Notes: generated by a model not told the origin, from the sequence alone. A stretch of DNA of 64,000 nt from an uncultured Acidobacteriota bacterium (GCA_963836075.1 CAWIIB010000009.1:1856001-1920000), one strand, 5' to 3'. Positions 18,771-29,264 are shown, numbered from the stretch's first letter. Numbers and translations: made by a program.

Positions 18771-20210
18771 TCAGAGGGCCATGGCAGCGGCCATCTCCTT
18801 GCGCTCCCGGGGACTTCTGGCCCCGGGGATTTCGATGGCCCTGAGGATCAGGTCGTGCAGGCCCATCACCCGGCAGGGCAGCTCGTAGTATTCCACCAGC
18901 TCCTTGAGCTGTTTCTTGCAGTTGGCGCAGGGCGCGATGACGATTTCCGCCCCGGTGCGCTGGATCTGCTCCGCCTTCACCTTGCCGCCGATGCTCATCC
19001 GGTACTCGTGGATCTCGTCCACCGAGACCAGGCCGCCGCCTCCGCCGCAGCAGTAGTTGTGCTCGCCCTTCGGCGCCATGTCGACGAAGTCCTTGACGAA
19101 GGTGCGCAGGATCTCCCGCGGCTGGTCGACGATCCAGCCCGAGCGGGCGATGTTGCACGGGTCGTGGTAGGTCACCCGCTCGGTGACGATGTCGGGGTTC
19201 AGCTTGATCTTGCCCTTCCTGATGCAGTCGAGGGTGTATTCCATGAAGTTGAACACCGGGTAGGCTTCCTGGCCCCCGAACACCGGCACGAAGTCGTGGG
19301 CTGCCCGGGAGGCGTGCCCGCACTCGCCGATCAGCAGTTGCTGGCCGTTGAGCCGGGTCACCTCGCTCACCAGCTGCTTGATGATCTTCTCCAGGTGCCA
19401 GTCGCTGTAGAACAGGCCGTAGTTGATGCCGTCGTAGTTGCCGCTGCCGATGGTCCAGTTGTCCCAGTCGCCGGCGGCATAGAGCACGGCGGCGTTGCCC
19501 ATCAGTGTTTCCGGTTCCATCAGGTAGTCGCTCACCGCGCAGAAGAAGACGTACTTGCGGTTCGGCTGGTCCACCGGGAAGGTGACCTTGATGCCCAGCA
19601 GGTCCTCCAACTCCTCGGAGAGGAACTCCAGCGTGTCCAGCAGGGCCGCCTTGGGGACCTTCGAGGTGTTGTGGGTCTCCCCCTCCAGCTGTTCGCGGAC
19701 GCTGACCTGCAGCGCCTTGGGCACGATGCCGATCAGGCTCAGCACGTAGCGGCCCAGGCGGGTGATCAGCCCGTGGTCCACTCCCATCGGGCATTCCTGG
19801 GTGCAGCGCCGGCAGGCGGTGCAGCGGTAGAAGAGATCGAGCATCTCGTCGATCTTCTCCTCGGTGAGCACGTCGCCCTGCACCAGTTTGTATTTGAACC
19901 AGCCGCCGATGGTGAAATAGCGCTTGTAGACATCGAGCAGCATGTTGGTCCGGTAGCAGGGGATGTCCCTGGGGTCGCCGGTGGCCAGAAACACCGGGCA
20001 GGTGACTGCGCAGCGGTTGCACTTGGCGTTTGACGTGCAGTAGGAATCGAGCAGCGGTTTGTAGTCCGAGAACTCGAGGACCGCCCTGAAGGCCTCGAGG
20101 AACCGGTCGACCCTGTCCTCGGTGACCGGGTTTTCGATGTAGTAGGGATAGGTTCGCTCCCCGCCCGCGGCGGTCGGCGTTTTTTTCACTTCAACTGCTT
20201 CCACACTCAT
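18771..20210 (-). CDS. HmcF/TmcB/DsrK-like Fe-S oxidoreductase with CCG domain
   Basis: CTACRRCTQECP, GECGH, YHDPCN, CCGGGGG, APCANC. Confidence 0.9.
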   Translation of the reverse strand: MSVEAVEVKKTPTAAGGERTYPYYIENPVTEDRVDRFLEAFRAVLEFSDYKPLLDSYCTSNAKCNRCAVTCPVFLATGDPRDIPCYRTNMLLDVYKRYFTIGGWFKYKLVQGDVLTEEKIDEMLDLFYRCTACRRCTQECPMGVDHGLITRLGRYVLSLIGIVPKALQVSVREQLEGETHNTSKVPKAALLDTLEFLSEELEDLLGIKVTFPVDQPNRKYVFFCAVSDYLMEPETLMGNAAVLYAAGDWDNWTIGSGNYDGINYGLFYSDWHLEKIIKQLVSEVTRLNGQQLLIGECGHASRAAHDFVPVFGGQEAYPVFNFMEYTLDCIRKGKIKLNPDIVTERVTYHDPCNIARSGWIVDQPREILRTFVKDFVDMAPKGEHNYCCGGGGGLVSVDEIHEYRMSIGGKVKAEQIQRTGAEIVIAPCANCKKQLKELVEYYELPCRVMGLHDLILRAIEIPGARSPRERKEMAAAMAL

Positions 20211-20253
20211 TGATCAGTCCTCCAGTTTCGGTTTCCGGTCACCAGACCCACCG

Positions 20254-20269
20254 TGCAAGGGGCGTGCCA
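20254..20269 (-). promoter_or_regulatory. sigma54 promoter of Hmc-like operon
   Basis: TGGCACGCCCCTTGCA. Confidence 0.9.
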
Positions 20270-20463
20270 CGGGCTGGCGGACGGACCGGTCAGCCGCCAC
20301 CGGCCTCAGGACTGGCGTCTGCCGGACCACGCCACCGGCTTTTCCAGGACCCGGCGGGTGCTGCTGATTCGTGGTGTTTCCCCATGGGGAGGATATCGGC
20401 CGCCCCCGCAGAAAAGTGGGTTCGCTGCAGGGGCAACGGAAGCAGGAGGTGTGCCCGGGAAAC

Positions 20464-20518
20464 GTCGCAAGCGTTGCAACAGTCGTTGCAGCGCGACGAA
20501 TGTTGCAACGGTCCCGAC
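20464..20518. promoter_or_regulatory. palindromic enhancer (bEBP UAS) cluster between divergent sigma54 promoters
   Basis: GTCGCAAGCGTTGCAAC and GTTGCAACGGTCCCGAC. Confidence 0.6.
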
Positions 20519-20675
20519 TGCGCCCCGGGCCGCAGACCTGCTCGAATTCCTGAGGGCGCCCATCGAAGGATTCGTTAATTGCGCCCTGCCGGAGTTTTAT
20601 ATTTCAGCAGCTGTACTGTCCGCGCCTTTGGTGGACTGAGTAAAAGTAGGGACGCCTGCGGGAGAGGATGATCCA

Positions 20676-20691
20676 TGGCATGCATGTTGCT
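20676..20691 (+). promoter_or_regulatory. sigma54 promoter
   Basis: TGGCATGCATGTTGCT. Confidence 0.8.
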
Positions 20692-20728
20692 TTGTGAAGT
20701 CAGTGAACCGAATTTTTCCGGAGGCGAC

Positions 20729-21757
20729 ATGCGATACGGGATTCAGTTGAGAGGCAAGAGGGTGGCGCCACGATACGCGGCGGCCCAGACAATCAGGTTG
20801 GTGACCATGCGCCGGGGGTATGTTTCGGCCCAGGCTGAAGTTCCAGCCGTGGGGCAGAGCTGGGTCGACCTGTTCAATCTGCTGGCCGAGCACAAGGTGG
20901 ATATCCTGGTCTGCGGCGGGATCGATATGGCCTCCAGGGAATCGCTGTCCGCCGGTGGGATTACCGTCATCGACAATGTGGCCTGCTCGGCGGACGAGGT
21001 GGTGGCCGCCCTCGCCGCCGGAAAGCTCTGTTCGGGATACGGGTTTCAGCGCGGCCCGGCGGCGTCTCCCAGCGCGGAGGACGGGATTTTGGCCAGGATG
21101 AATGCCGAAGTGCTCGATCCTGCTGCCGACTGCCTTGCCTGCCGGGAGAAAGTCTGTCTCAGCGGAGGCCGTTGCCCGCTGGCCGGTCAACCGGAGACGG
21201 TGGCGCCGCCTGGTGAGGTCACCCGCATGCTCGATGCGGCGGCGGACATCAGCTGCGAGGACGAGCGGTTCCTCTGCCGGCTGTCGGAACTGGTCTACTT
21301 CTGCCTCGAGATGAACTACCGCCGCATCGGGATCGCCTTCTGCGTGGAGCTCCAGGAACCGACGGAGATCCTGGTCGGCGCACTGAAGCGATTTTTCCAG
21401 GTGTTCGCCGTGGGGTGCAAGGTGGGGGGACACCGGCTGGATGAACCGCCCGACATGTCGGGCGGACAGGGGCCGGCGCTGTTCAGTGGGATTGCCTGTA
21501 ACCCGCTGGGCCAGGCCCGGGTACTGAACCGTCAGGGCTGCGATCTCAATGTGCTGGTGGGCCTCTGCGTGGGCACCGACTCGGTGTTTGTGCGGGCCAG
21601 CGAGGCGCCGGTGACCACCTTTATCGTCAAGGACCGGTCGCTGGCCCACAACCCCATCGGCGCTCTCTACTCGGAGTACTACCTCAGCGAAGCGTCGCGG
21701 GCCGACCCGGTGAAGGTCCGGACAACGGGAGAGGTGGATCGATACCGGAATCAATGA
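20729..21757 (+). CDS. NifB/NifX-like domain fused to DUF1847 domain
   Basis: N-term RVAPRY...VDILVCGGI; C-term RIGIAFC, CKVGG, CNPLGQA, VGLCVGTD, VKDRSLAHNP. Confidence 0.85.
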   Translation: MRYGIQLRGKRVAPRYAAAQTIRLVTMRRGYVSAQAEVPAVGQSWVDLFNLLAEHKVDILVCGGIDMASRESLSAGGITVIDNVACSADEVVAALAAGKLCSGYGFQRGPAASPSAEDGILARMNAEVLDPAADCLACREKVCLSGGRCPLAGQPETVAPPGEVTRMLDAAADISCEDERFLCRLSELVYFCLEMNYRRIGIAFCVELQEPTEILVGALKRFFQVFAVGCKVGGHRLDEPPDMSGGQGPALFSGIACNPLGQARVLNRQGCDLNVLVGLCVGTDSVFVRASEAPVTTFIVKDRSLAHNPIGALYSEYYLSEASRADPVKVRTTGEVDRYRNQ

Positions 21758-21799
21758 AAAGCGAACTGACCAGGGAAACAACGAAATGGAGGAAGGACA

Positions 21800-22335
21800 A
21801 TGACCATCCCGAGACTCAATTCCGTCGGCTTTTGTGCCCACTACTCGGAGCAGGGCGACTGGGCTTTTGATTACGCCCTGGGCCTCTGCCGGGAGGGCCG
21901 GATGCAGCTGAACGTGTTCCACTTTCTCTCCAGCCCCTACGAGCCGGATGACGGCCGGATGAAGGAGCTGCCGCATGATGAACTGGAGCGGATCGCCGTG
22001 GAACGCGAGCGAGAAATGCGGCTTTATTACGACCGCCGGGCCGGGGACTATCTTGAAGTGGGGTTCCGGCTGTGTTATGACGACAGCTGGACGGAGCTGC
22101 ACCGCTGCCTGATGATCCGGGAGTTCCAGTTGCTGGTGCTGGCCGTACCCGATCGTCCGCCCGTTTTTCGCGGAAACCCATCGAGGAGTGGGCGGAAAGT
22201 TTCATCAGTCCGGTGGTGCTGGTGGGCCCGGATGGGCCGGACCGTTTCAGGGTCAACACCAGAGCTGCCCTGCTGATCGATCGCCTGGGGATCGAAGAAG
22301 GGCAGTGGAGCACCATTCACGGGGTGACCGTCTAG
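21800..22335 (+). CDS. universal-stress-protein-like protein, frameshift near 22175
   Basis: CAHYSEQGDWAFDYA; alternative frame continues KPIEEWAESFISPVVLVGP...TV*. Confidence 0.6.
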
Positions 22336-22372
22336 CGGCCGCCCGCCCGCGGGGCAGAGGTCTTTCGCCGTC

Positions 22373-23682
22373 ATGTGCCAGAAGCTGAGCGAGCTGATCT
22401 TCAACAACATCCACGACGGTGTGTTCACCGTCGATCGGGACTGCATCATCACCTCCTTCAACCGGTCGGCGGAGCGGATCACCGGTTTCAAGGCCGGTGA
22501 GGCCGTGGGCAAGCACTGCTTCGAAGTGTTCCGCACCGAGGTCTGCCACAAGAAGTGCGCCCTCAAGGACACCTTGAAAACCGAGGACCCCACCGAAAAC
22601 GCCCGGGTGACCATCATCACCCGTGACGGCCGCGAGGTGCCGATCCGGGTCACCACCACCCTGCTCAAGGACGAGGAGGGGACCATCGTCGGGGCGGTGG
22701 AGTTTTTCCGGGACATCTCCGAGATCGAGCGGCTGCACGAGAGCCTGGAGAAGAAGAACAGCCTCGACGACATCGTCAGCGTCAACTCGGAGATGCACCA
22801 GCTGGTGGGCCTGCTGCCCGATATCGCCGAGTCGGAGTGCAACGTGCTGATCCAGGGCCCCAGCGGCTCGGGCAAGGAGCTCTTCGCCCAGGTGATCCAC
22901 AACCTCAGCCCCCGGCGCTACGGGCCGTACATCAAGCTCAACTGCGCCGCCCTGCCCGCTCCGCTGCTCGAGTCGGAACTCTTCGGCTATGTGCAGGGCG
23001 CGTTCACCGACGCCAAGACGCGACAAGCCGGGCCAGTTTCGTCTGGCCAACGGCGGGACCCTGCTCCTCGACGAAGATCAGCGAGATGGATGTCTCGCTG
23101 CAGGTCAAGCTGCTGCGGGTGCTGAACAACGGTGAATACCGCCCCCTGGGTTCCGCCGAGACGCTGCACACCGACGCGCGGATCATCGCCGCCAGCAATG
23201 CCGACCTGGAACTGGCCATCGCCGAGGGCCGGTTCCGGGAGGATCTCTACTACCGGATCAACGTGGTGAACCTCCAGATCCCCTCGCTCCACGAACGGCC
23301 CGAGGACATCCCCCTGCTGGCCAACCATTTTCTGCGGGTCTACCGCAAAAAGAGCCGCAAGGCCATCGAGCGGATCTCACCCGCCGCCCTCTCCGCGCTG
23401 CGCAAATGCCAGTTCTCGGGCAACGTGCGGGAGCTGGAGAACGCCATCGAGCACGCCTTCGTCATGTGCCACGGCGAGCAGATCGAGGTGGAGCACCTGC
23501 CCCTGCATATCACCACCCGCAGCGCGGCGGCCAACGGTATTTCCCATGCCCGGAACAGCGAGAAGGGCGTGATCCTGGAGAGCCTGCGGCGGAACAAGGG
23601 CAGCCGGGTCAGGGCCGCCGAAGAGCTCGGCATGCACCGCTCAACCCTCTGGCGCAAGATCAAGACCTACAACATCGATTGA
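22373..23682 (+). CDS. PAS-domain sigma54 enhancer-binding protein (frameshifts ~23020-23075)
   Basis: PAS with HCFEVFRTEVC; GPSGSGKE, ESELFG, GAFTDA; then LQVKLLRVL, FREDLYYR, GNVRELEN, Fis HTH. Confidence 0.9.
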
Positions 23683-23826
23683 CCCGAACTTCTTCTCGTC
23701 CACCCGAATGGCAACCAGCGCCGGGTATCGGAGTCTTCAGTTAGCGGTGGGCGAAACCACTGAAGACCGCTATAATTCCCGTGGCTCGGAGACAGGGCAA
23801 ATCCCCTTTGGGGCGAGGAGTTGGTG

Positions 23827-25029
23827 ATGAGCGCCGGATCGAAAAAGAACAAACAGGCCGTACCCGATCTGTCCCACGAAGAGAACCTCCTCGACCTCTC
23901 CCACCAGATGCTGCGCGAACGGGTGAAAGAGCTGAGCTGCCTTTACGCCATCGCCCGGATCGCCGGGGAGCCAGGGGTCTCCCTGGCCAATATCCTGGAG
24001 AGGATCGTCGAGCTGCTGCCCCCGGCCTGGCAGTATCCCGAGATCGCCTCGGGACGTATCGTTCTCGACGACCGGAACTATCTCACCAGTGGTTTTAGCG
24101 GTGCGGGGGCGGTGCAGGCCGCGCCGATCCTGGTCGACGGGGTACAGCGGGGCCTGGTGGAGGTGATCTACAGCGAGGAGCGGCCGGAACTGGACGAAGG
24201 CCCCTTCCTCAAGGAAGAGCGGAACCTCGTCGATGCCGTGGCCGGCCAGGTGGCCCTGATTGTCGAGCACAAGCAGGCCGGGGAAGAGCGTGAGCGCCTG
24301 CAGGAGCAGCTGCGGCACGCCGATCGCCTGGCCACCATCGGCCAGCTGGCAGCGGGGGTGGCCCACGAGCTGAACGAGCCGCTGGCCAACATCCTCGGCT
24401 TCGCCCAGCTGGCCTCCAAGGACAGCGGCCTGCCGGAAACGGCGGCCAACGATCTGGGAAAGATCATCAAGGCCTCCCTCCATGCCCGTGAGGTGGTGAA
24501 GAAGCTGATGCTCTTCGCCCGCCAGACCCCGCCGAACATGGCCGAGGTGGATCTGAACCAGCTGGTGGAGGAAGGGCTCTATTTCGTGGAATCGAGGTGC
24601 ACCAGGGCCGGTGTGCAGCTGGCCCGGGAACTGGCGGAAGATCTTCCGGCCCTGGCGGTGGACAAGGGGCAGATGCACCAGGTGCTGGTCAACCTGGTGG
24701 TCAACGCGGTCCAGGCCATGCCGGACGGCGGCCGGCTGGTGATCCGGACCGCCGCGGACGAGGAAGGGATTTCCCTGGCGGTGCAGGACACCGGCGAAGG
24801 GATGACCGAGGAGACGATGAAGAAAATGTTCATCCCCTTCTTCACCACCAAGGATGTCAACGAAGGCACCGGTCTCGGCCTGGCCGTGGTTCACGGCATC
24901 GTCACCTCCCACGGGGGCGTGATCAGCGTGGAGAGCGAGCCTGGCCGGGGGACCCGGATCGAGATCAGGTTCCCCCGCCACCCGGGGGACGTCGGGGAGA
25001 AAGGAACGTTTTCCGATGAAGACGCCTGA
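23827..25029 (+). CDS. sensor histidine kinase
   Basis: AAGVAHELNEPL, NLVVNAVQA, DTGEG, FFTTK, GTGLGL. Confidence 0.95.
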   Translation: MSAGSKKNKQAVPDLSHEENLLDLSHQMLRERVKELSCLYAIARIAGEPGVSLANILERIVELLPPAWQYPEIASGRIVLDDRNYLTSGFSGAGAVQAAPILVDGVQRGLVEVIYSEERPELDEGPFLKEERNLVDAVAGQVALIVEHKQAGEERERLQEQLRHADRLATIGQLAAGVAHELNEPLANILGFAQLASKDSGLPETAANDLGKIIKASLHAREVVKKLMLFARQTPPNMAEVDLNQLVEEGLYFVESRCTRAGVQLARELAEDLPALAVDKGQMHQVLVNLVVNAVQAMPDGGRLVIRTAADEEGISLAVQDTGEGMTEETMKKMFIPFFTTKDVNEGTGLGLAVVHGIVTSHGGVISVESEPGRGTRIEIRFPRHPGDVGEKGTFSDEDA

Positions 25030-26350
25030 GCAGCGGGAGCGGATCCTGGTGGTGGACGACTCCGACCAGACCCTCGAGGTTTTGCAGCGCAACCTGAGCG
25101 GTGAGGGGTACCGGGTGTTGACCGCCGGGGGGGTGGAGGCGGCTATCGGGATCCTGGGGGACACGGCGGTGGATCTGGTGCTCACCGATCTCAAGATGCC
25201 GGGGATCAGCGGTATGGAACTGGTACGCCACGTGCGCGAGAATCTGCCGGACACCGAGGTGATGATGATCACCGGTTTCGCCACGGTCAACGGCGCCGTG
25301 GAGGCGGTGAAGTCCGGAGCGGAAGAATACCTGGGCAAGCCGTTCACCGACGAGGAGCTGTCCGGTGCGGTGCGGCGGGTGCTGGACAAGCTGCACCGCC
25401 GGCGAATTGCCGCTCCCGGAACGGTGGATGACACCGTGGCGATGTACGGGCTGATCGGCGGCTCCAGCGCCATGGGCAAGGTGTTCGGCGCCATCGACAA
25501 GGCGGCCACCACTGCGGCCACGGTCCTGATCACCGGTGAGAGCGGCACCGGCAAGGAACTGGTGGCCCGGGCCATCCACTACCGGAGCCGCAGGGCCGCC
25601 GCCCCCTTCGTCCCGATCAACTGCGGAGCCATCCCCGACACGCTGTTCGAGAGCGAGCTTTTCGGCCACGTCAAGGGCGCGTTCACCGGGGCGAACGAAT
25701 CCCGGGCCGGGTTTTTCCAGACCGCCGACGGCGGCAGCATCTTTCTCGACGAGATCGGGGAAACCGGCCTGTCAATGCAGGTCAAACTGCTCCGGGTGCT
25801 GCAGGACCGGGAGGTCTGCATGGTGGGCGCCACCCGCTCGCGGAAGATCGATGTGCGGATCCTGGCGGCATCCAACAAGAGCCTGGCCGGCCTGGTGAAG
25901 AAGGATGCCTTTCGCGAGGACCTCTTCTTCCGCATCTCGGTGATCGAAATCGAAGTGCCGCCGCTGCGGGACCGCGGCGACGATATCCTGGTTCTGGCCA
26001 ATCACTTTCTCGACAAGCATGCCGGTGAAGCGGAGCGGGCCGTGCCCCGCTTTTCTGACGACGCGCTGCAGCTGCTGAACAGCTACCATTGGCCGGGCAA
26101 TGTGCGGGAGCTGGAGAACCTGGTGCAGCGGCTGGTGGTGATGGTGGACGGCCCGGCCATCGATGTCCCCGACCTGCCGTCTCACATGCGGTTCTCGGTG
26201 GGCCACCGCGCCGGGCTGGACCGCACCCTGGCCGAGGTGGAGGCCGAACATATCCGCAACGTGCTGGCCAGCGTGGACGGCAACAAGACCAGGTGTGCGG
26301 AGATCCTCGGCATCGACCGCAAGACGCTCCGCGAACGGCTGAAGCGTTAA
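25016..26350 (+). CDS. NtrC-family sigma54 response regulator
   Basis: Receiver (VVDD, DLKMP), GESGTGKE, GAFTGA, Fis HTH. Confidence 0.95.
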   Translation: MKTPEQRERILVVDDSDQTLEVLQRNLSGEGYRVLTAGGVEAAIGILGDTAVDLVLTDLKMPGISGMELVRHVRENLPDTEVMMITGFATVNGAVEAVKSGAEEYLGKPFTDEELSGAVRRVLDKLHRRRIAAPGTVDDTVAMYGLIGGSSAMGKVFGAIDKAATTAATVLITGESGTGKELVARAIHYRSRRAAAPFVPINCGAIPDTLFESELFGHVKGAFTGANESRAGFFQTADGGSIFLDEIGETGLSMQVKLLRVLQDREVCMVGATRSRKIDVRILAASNKSLAGLVKKDAFREDLFFRISVIEIEVPPLRDRGDDILVLANHFLDKHAGEAERAVPRFSDDALQLLNSYHWPGNVRELENLVQRLVVMVDGPAIDVPDLPSHMRFSVGHRAGLDRTLAEVEAEHIRNVLASVDGNKTRCAEILGIDRKTLRERLKR

Positions 26351-26358
26351 CCTGCCCG

Positions 26359-27222
26359 TCACTCCCCACTTCCGATGGCCGAAGAAAGAGCGGCCGTCGC
26401 GGCGTCGGTCTCACCAATCTGTTCTAGAATTCGCTCGACCACCTGGGCGAATGCGCGGCTTGCCTCCGACTTCGCCCCAACGAAACTGAGCGGTATCCCC
26501 TCATCGCCCGATCTGGAGATGTCGGGGTCCAGCGGTATGCGGCCGAGGAAGGGTACGCCCATATCCTCGGCCATGGCCTCTCCGCCGCCACTGCTGAAAA
26601 TGTCCACCACTTCACCGCAATTGGGACAGGTGAAGCCGCTCATGTTCTCGATGACTCCCAGGACATTGACCTTCATGGTTTTGCAGAAGGAGATCGACTT
26701 GCGGACGTCGAGAATGGCCAGGTCCTGGGGTGTGGTGACGATGACCGCGCCGGTAGCGTCCTCGATGAGTTGCGCCACCGCCAGCGGCTCATCCCCCGTG
26801 CCGGGCGGGCAGTCCACGATGAGATAATCGAGCGGCCCCCATTCCACATCGGCCAGGAATTGCCTGATCATTTTCATTTTTCGTGGTCCGCGCCAGATCA
26901 CCGCATCGTCCTTGCTGTGGAGCATGAACCCGATCGACATGACCTCCAGGCCCTCGAAGCCCGCGGGGAAAATCCTCCCCTTTCTCGATACCACCTGGTC
27001 GCCGTCGATATTGAGAAGTTTGGGTATGCTGGGTCCGTGAACGTCCACGTCCAAGAGTCCCACCTGCTGTCCAGCCCTGGAGAGGGATGCCGCAAGGTTG
27101 ACGGCCACGGTGCTTTTGCCAACCCCCCCCTTGCAGGAGAGGACAATGATCTTGTGCTTTATAGCACCGAGCTGACGTTGAAGCATCACCTGCTGTTCGT
27201 CCTGCTTTTCATGGTCGCTCAT
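26359..27222 (-). CDS. Mrp/ApbC/NBP35 Fe-S cluster carrier ATPase
   Basis: KGGVGKST, DVDVHGPS, DCPPGTGD, ENMSGFTCPNC. Confidence 0.95.
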   Translation of the reverse strand: MSDHEKQDEQQVMLQRQLGAIKHKIIVLSCKGGVGKSTVAVNLAASLSRAGQQVGLLDVDVHGPSIPKLLNIDGDQVVSRKGRIFPAGFEGLEVMSIGFMLHSKDDAVIWRGPRKMKMIRQFLADVEWGPLDYLIVDCPPGTGDEPLAVAQLIEDATGAVIVTTPQDLAILDVRKSISFCKTMKVNVLGVIENMSGFTCPNCGEVVDIFSSGGGEAMAEDMGVPFLGRIPLDPDISRSGDEGIPLSFVGAKSEASRAFAQVVERILEQIGETDAATAALSSAIGSGE

Positions 27223-27245
27223 CGTTGATTCCTCCGGTTCAAGCG

Positions 27246-27333
27246 TCACAGCCACCGTCTGGTGTGCTGCTTGTATTCGAGATACCGTTTACCGAACTGC
27301 CTTTCCATGTCCCGTTCTTCAGGGATGATGAAG
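27246..27333 (-). pseudogene. C-terminal remnant of isoprenylcysteine carboxylmethyltransferase family gene
   Basis: IIPEERDMERQFGKRYLEYKQHTRRWL* with no upstream body. Confidence 0.6.
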
Positions 27334-27424
27334 TGAGCCCAACGTTTCCACCTCGAGTTTCCGTCCCCTGAAGATCTGCAGTGCCCGGAAAATGGTGCTC
27401 TCACCAGAGGCACGGACCCATTTT

Positions 27425-27634
27425 TCAGCAGGCGGCCGCCCCCTCCCCCAGGCCGCCCAACAGTTCGGCGATATCCTCCACACCCACGGAGATGCGAATC
27501 AGCCCATCGGTGACCCCGCCCTTTTGCCGTTCCTCTGGACTCTTACAGGCATCGGTCATCGAAGCCGGGTGCTGGATCAAGCTGTCGATGCTTCCCAGAC
27601 TTACGGCAAAGGTGAAGAGCTTCACCGATCGCAT
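27425..27634 (-). pseudogene. C-terminal remnant of Cys/Met PLP lyase (methionine gamma-lyase-like)
   Basis: AVSLGSIDSLIQHPASMT...GLIRISVGVED. Confidence 0.75.
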
Positions 27635-27715
27635 GAGACGCTTTCCCGCCTCCAGTCCGATGAATCCCCGCCGACCAACTCACACTCCCATATCCAGTTC
27701 TGGATCACTTGAGTC

Positions 27716-27731
27716 AGCAAAGCCTGTGCCA
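27716..27731 (-). promoter_or_regulatory. sigma54 promoter
   Basis: TGGCACAGGCTTTGCT. Confidence 0.85.
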
Positions 27732-27932
27732 GAAGGAGTGGGGGATTGCATTTCATTGAAATAATAAAGCTTATAGTGGTCCATAGGCTCATCTGGACCC
27801 CCGTTCGGTGAGAATTGATCGAGGAGGGTAGCGATATCGCAACTTCTGGTTGTCGAATCACTGCAGAGGTGCAACTCTCGGGTCGTTTCAGTCGGCAAGG
27901 GTGCAACAGCAGCATCATGTTCATGATATTCC

Positions 27933-27948
27933 TGGCATAGGCCTTGCT
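27933..27948 (+). promoter_or_regulatory. sigma54 promoter
   Basis: TGGCATAGGCCTTGCT. Confidence 0.8.
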
Positions 27949-28160
27949 CCACCAGAATCCCGTATCAAGCAGTTGAATATCGGAGGGTGCCGAGGTGTTG
28001 CTAAAACAACCAGACAGACGTCCTCATCGGCCGAAGCCCCGACGGAATCGGGCCTCGACTACGCGTGGGAAGGCCGGCTCGAACGGAACCACATCCACTG
28101 GGAAGCCCATAGAATGAGTAAAACATATGCTGAATGGAGAGAATCAACGGAGGCCGGCAA

Positions 28161-28475
28161 ATGATCAACATTGACGAAATCATCGATGAGTTCAAACAGC
28201 GTGCGGTCATTCCAATCGAACGTGCCGAACTCCCGCGCCTGCTGGACCAGGCCCTAGTGGTCAAGGAGGTTGACACGCACATCAGCGGCTGGATCCGCAT
28301 CCTCGATCTTGATGGAATCATCATCCTGGAGGAGGAAACAACGGAAGGTGAAGTTTTGCTGAGGCGGTTCAAATCAGTTGAAATGGCCGCCTCACTCATC
28401 GAGGACCGGCTCGCCACCTATGAGCGGATGTGGGACGGTTGCGGCTGCAGGATCGACTATCACGCCAAAACATGA
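28161..28475 (+). CDS. hypothetical protein with C-terminal YERMWDGCGCRIDY motif
   Basis: GGAGG RBS; coherent ORF ending in a CxC motif. Confidence 0.7.
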   Translation: MINIDEIIDEFKQRAVIPIERAELPRLLDQALVVKEVDTHISGWIRILDLDGIIILEEETTEGEVLLRRFKSVEMAASLIEDRLATYERMWDGCGCRIDYHAKT

Positions 28476-28672
28476 TCCCCCAACCAGCCTTCAGTTGCAG
28501 GGCTAAATGCCGGCTAACCGGGCTTTTTGCATGCGACTCTGCGGTGTCCCCTTTTGTGAATTGTCGGAGGGAACACCACAGAGTTAGGACGGACGCAGCG
28601 GGAGGGAAACAAGACGGGAGCTACACTTGCATGATGTGGCGTGGTAACTCATGGTTGTAAAGGTTGCCTGGC

Positions 28673-28840
28673 ATGAACAACGATGGTGAAAAATCAGATC
28701 AGATTGCCGAACTTTCAAATCTGGACGTGGCGGAATCGCTGGACGAAGTGTCCGACCTGTTAGAGGAGCAAGGCGCGAATCCCTTTCGCGTCCGCGCATA
28801 CCGTCGGGCGGCAGCGACTGTGCGAGGCTTGTCCGCAAAC
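28673..28840 (+). pseudogene. N-terminal remnant of DNA polymerase X (HhH 8-kDa domain)
   Basis: NLDVAESLDEVSDLLEEQGANPFRVRAYRRAA, then similarity is lost. Confidence 0.75.
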
Positions 28841-28919
28841 CTCCTCAGCGACCTTCTCCGCTGGGCGCTTCATGCACCAACGCTGCTCCGTACGTCGAGC
28901 CGGTGGTCCCGGACGAGAT

Positions 28920-29264
28920 TCAATGGCCGTGCTTAATCAGGGCAAAAACCTCAGTGGTGGGCCTGGGCAGTCCGGCGATCCTCCAGGCGACGACGGGGTC
29001 GGGGAACTGTTCGTAGGTGCAGTTCTTGCCCTGGCGGACGTTCTTGCACAGGGCGCGAAGGACCGGAAATGAGCTGAACTTCGTGAAGTAGTCTCTCATG
29101 AAGCTCAGGATTTCCAACTGCTCCAGAGTGAGCGGGCAATCCCGGACGACCCCCTCGTGCTTCGCCAGTGCGCAGGCGACCTCCACGTTCCAGTCATCCA
29201 TACGCTCCAGGTATCCCTCCTCGTCCACGTGGACGGTTTGGTCCCGGTACTCTATCTTCGCCAT
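28920..29264 (-). CDS. TusE/DsrC-family protein lacking C-terminal Cys (RspA-like)
   Basis: VDEEGYL..DDWN..VA..LA, AWRIAGLPRPT; ends TEVFALIKHGH. Confidence 0.85.
   Translation of the reverse strand: MAKIEYRDQTVHVDEEGYLERMDDWNVEVACALAKHEGVVRDCPLTLEQLEILSFMRDYFTKFSSFPVLRALCKNVRQGKNCTYEQFPDPVVAWRIAGLPRPTTEVFALIKHGH

Noticed and set aside
27319-27424. Possible NifX-like C-terminal remnant (GESTIFRALQIFRGRKLE)
   Set aside because: Too short and weak to support without a search
14792-29264. Calling the organism a sulfate reducer
   Set aside because: No dsrAB, aprAB or sat in the window, and the DsrC homolog lacks the catalytic Cys
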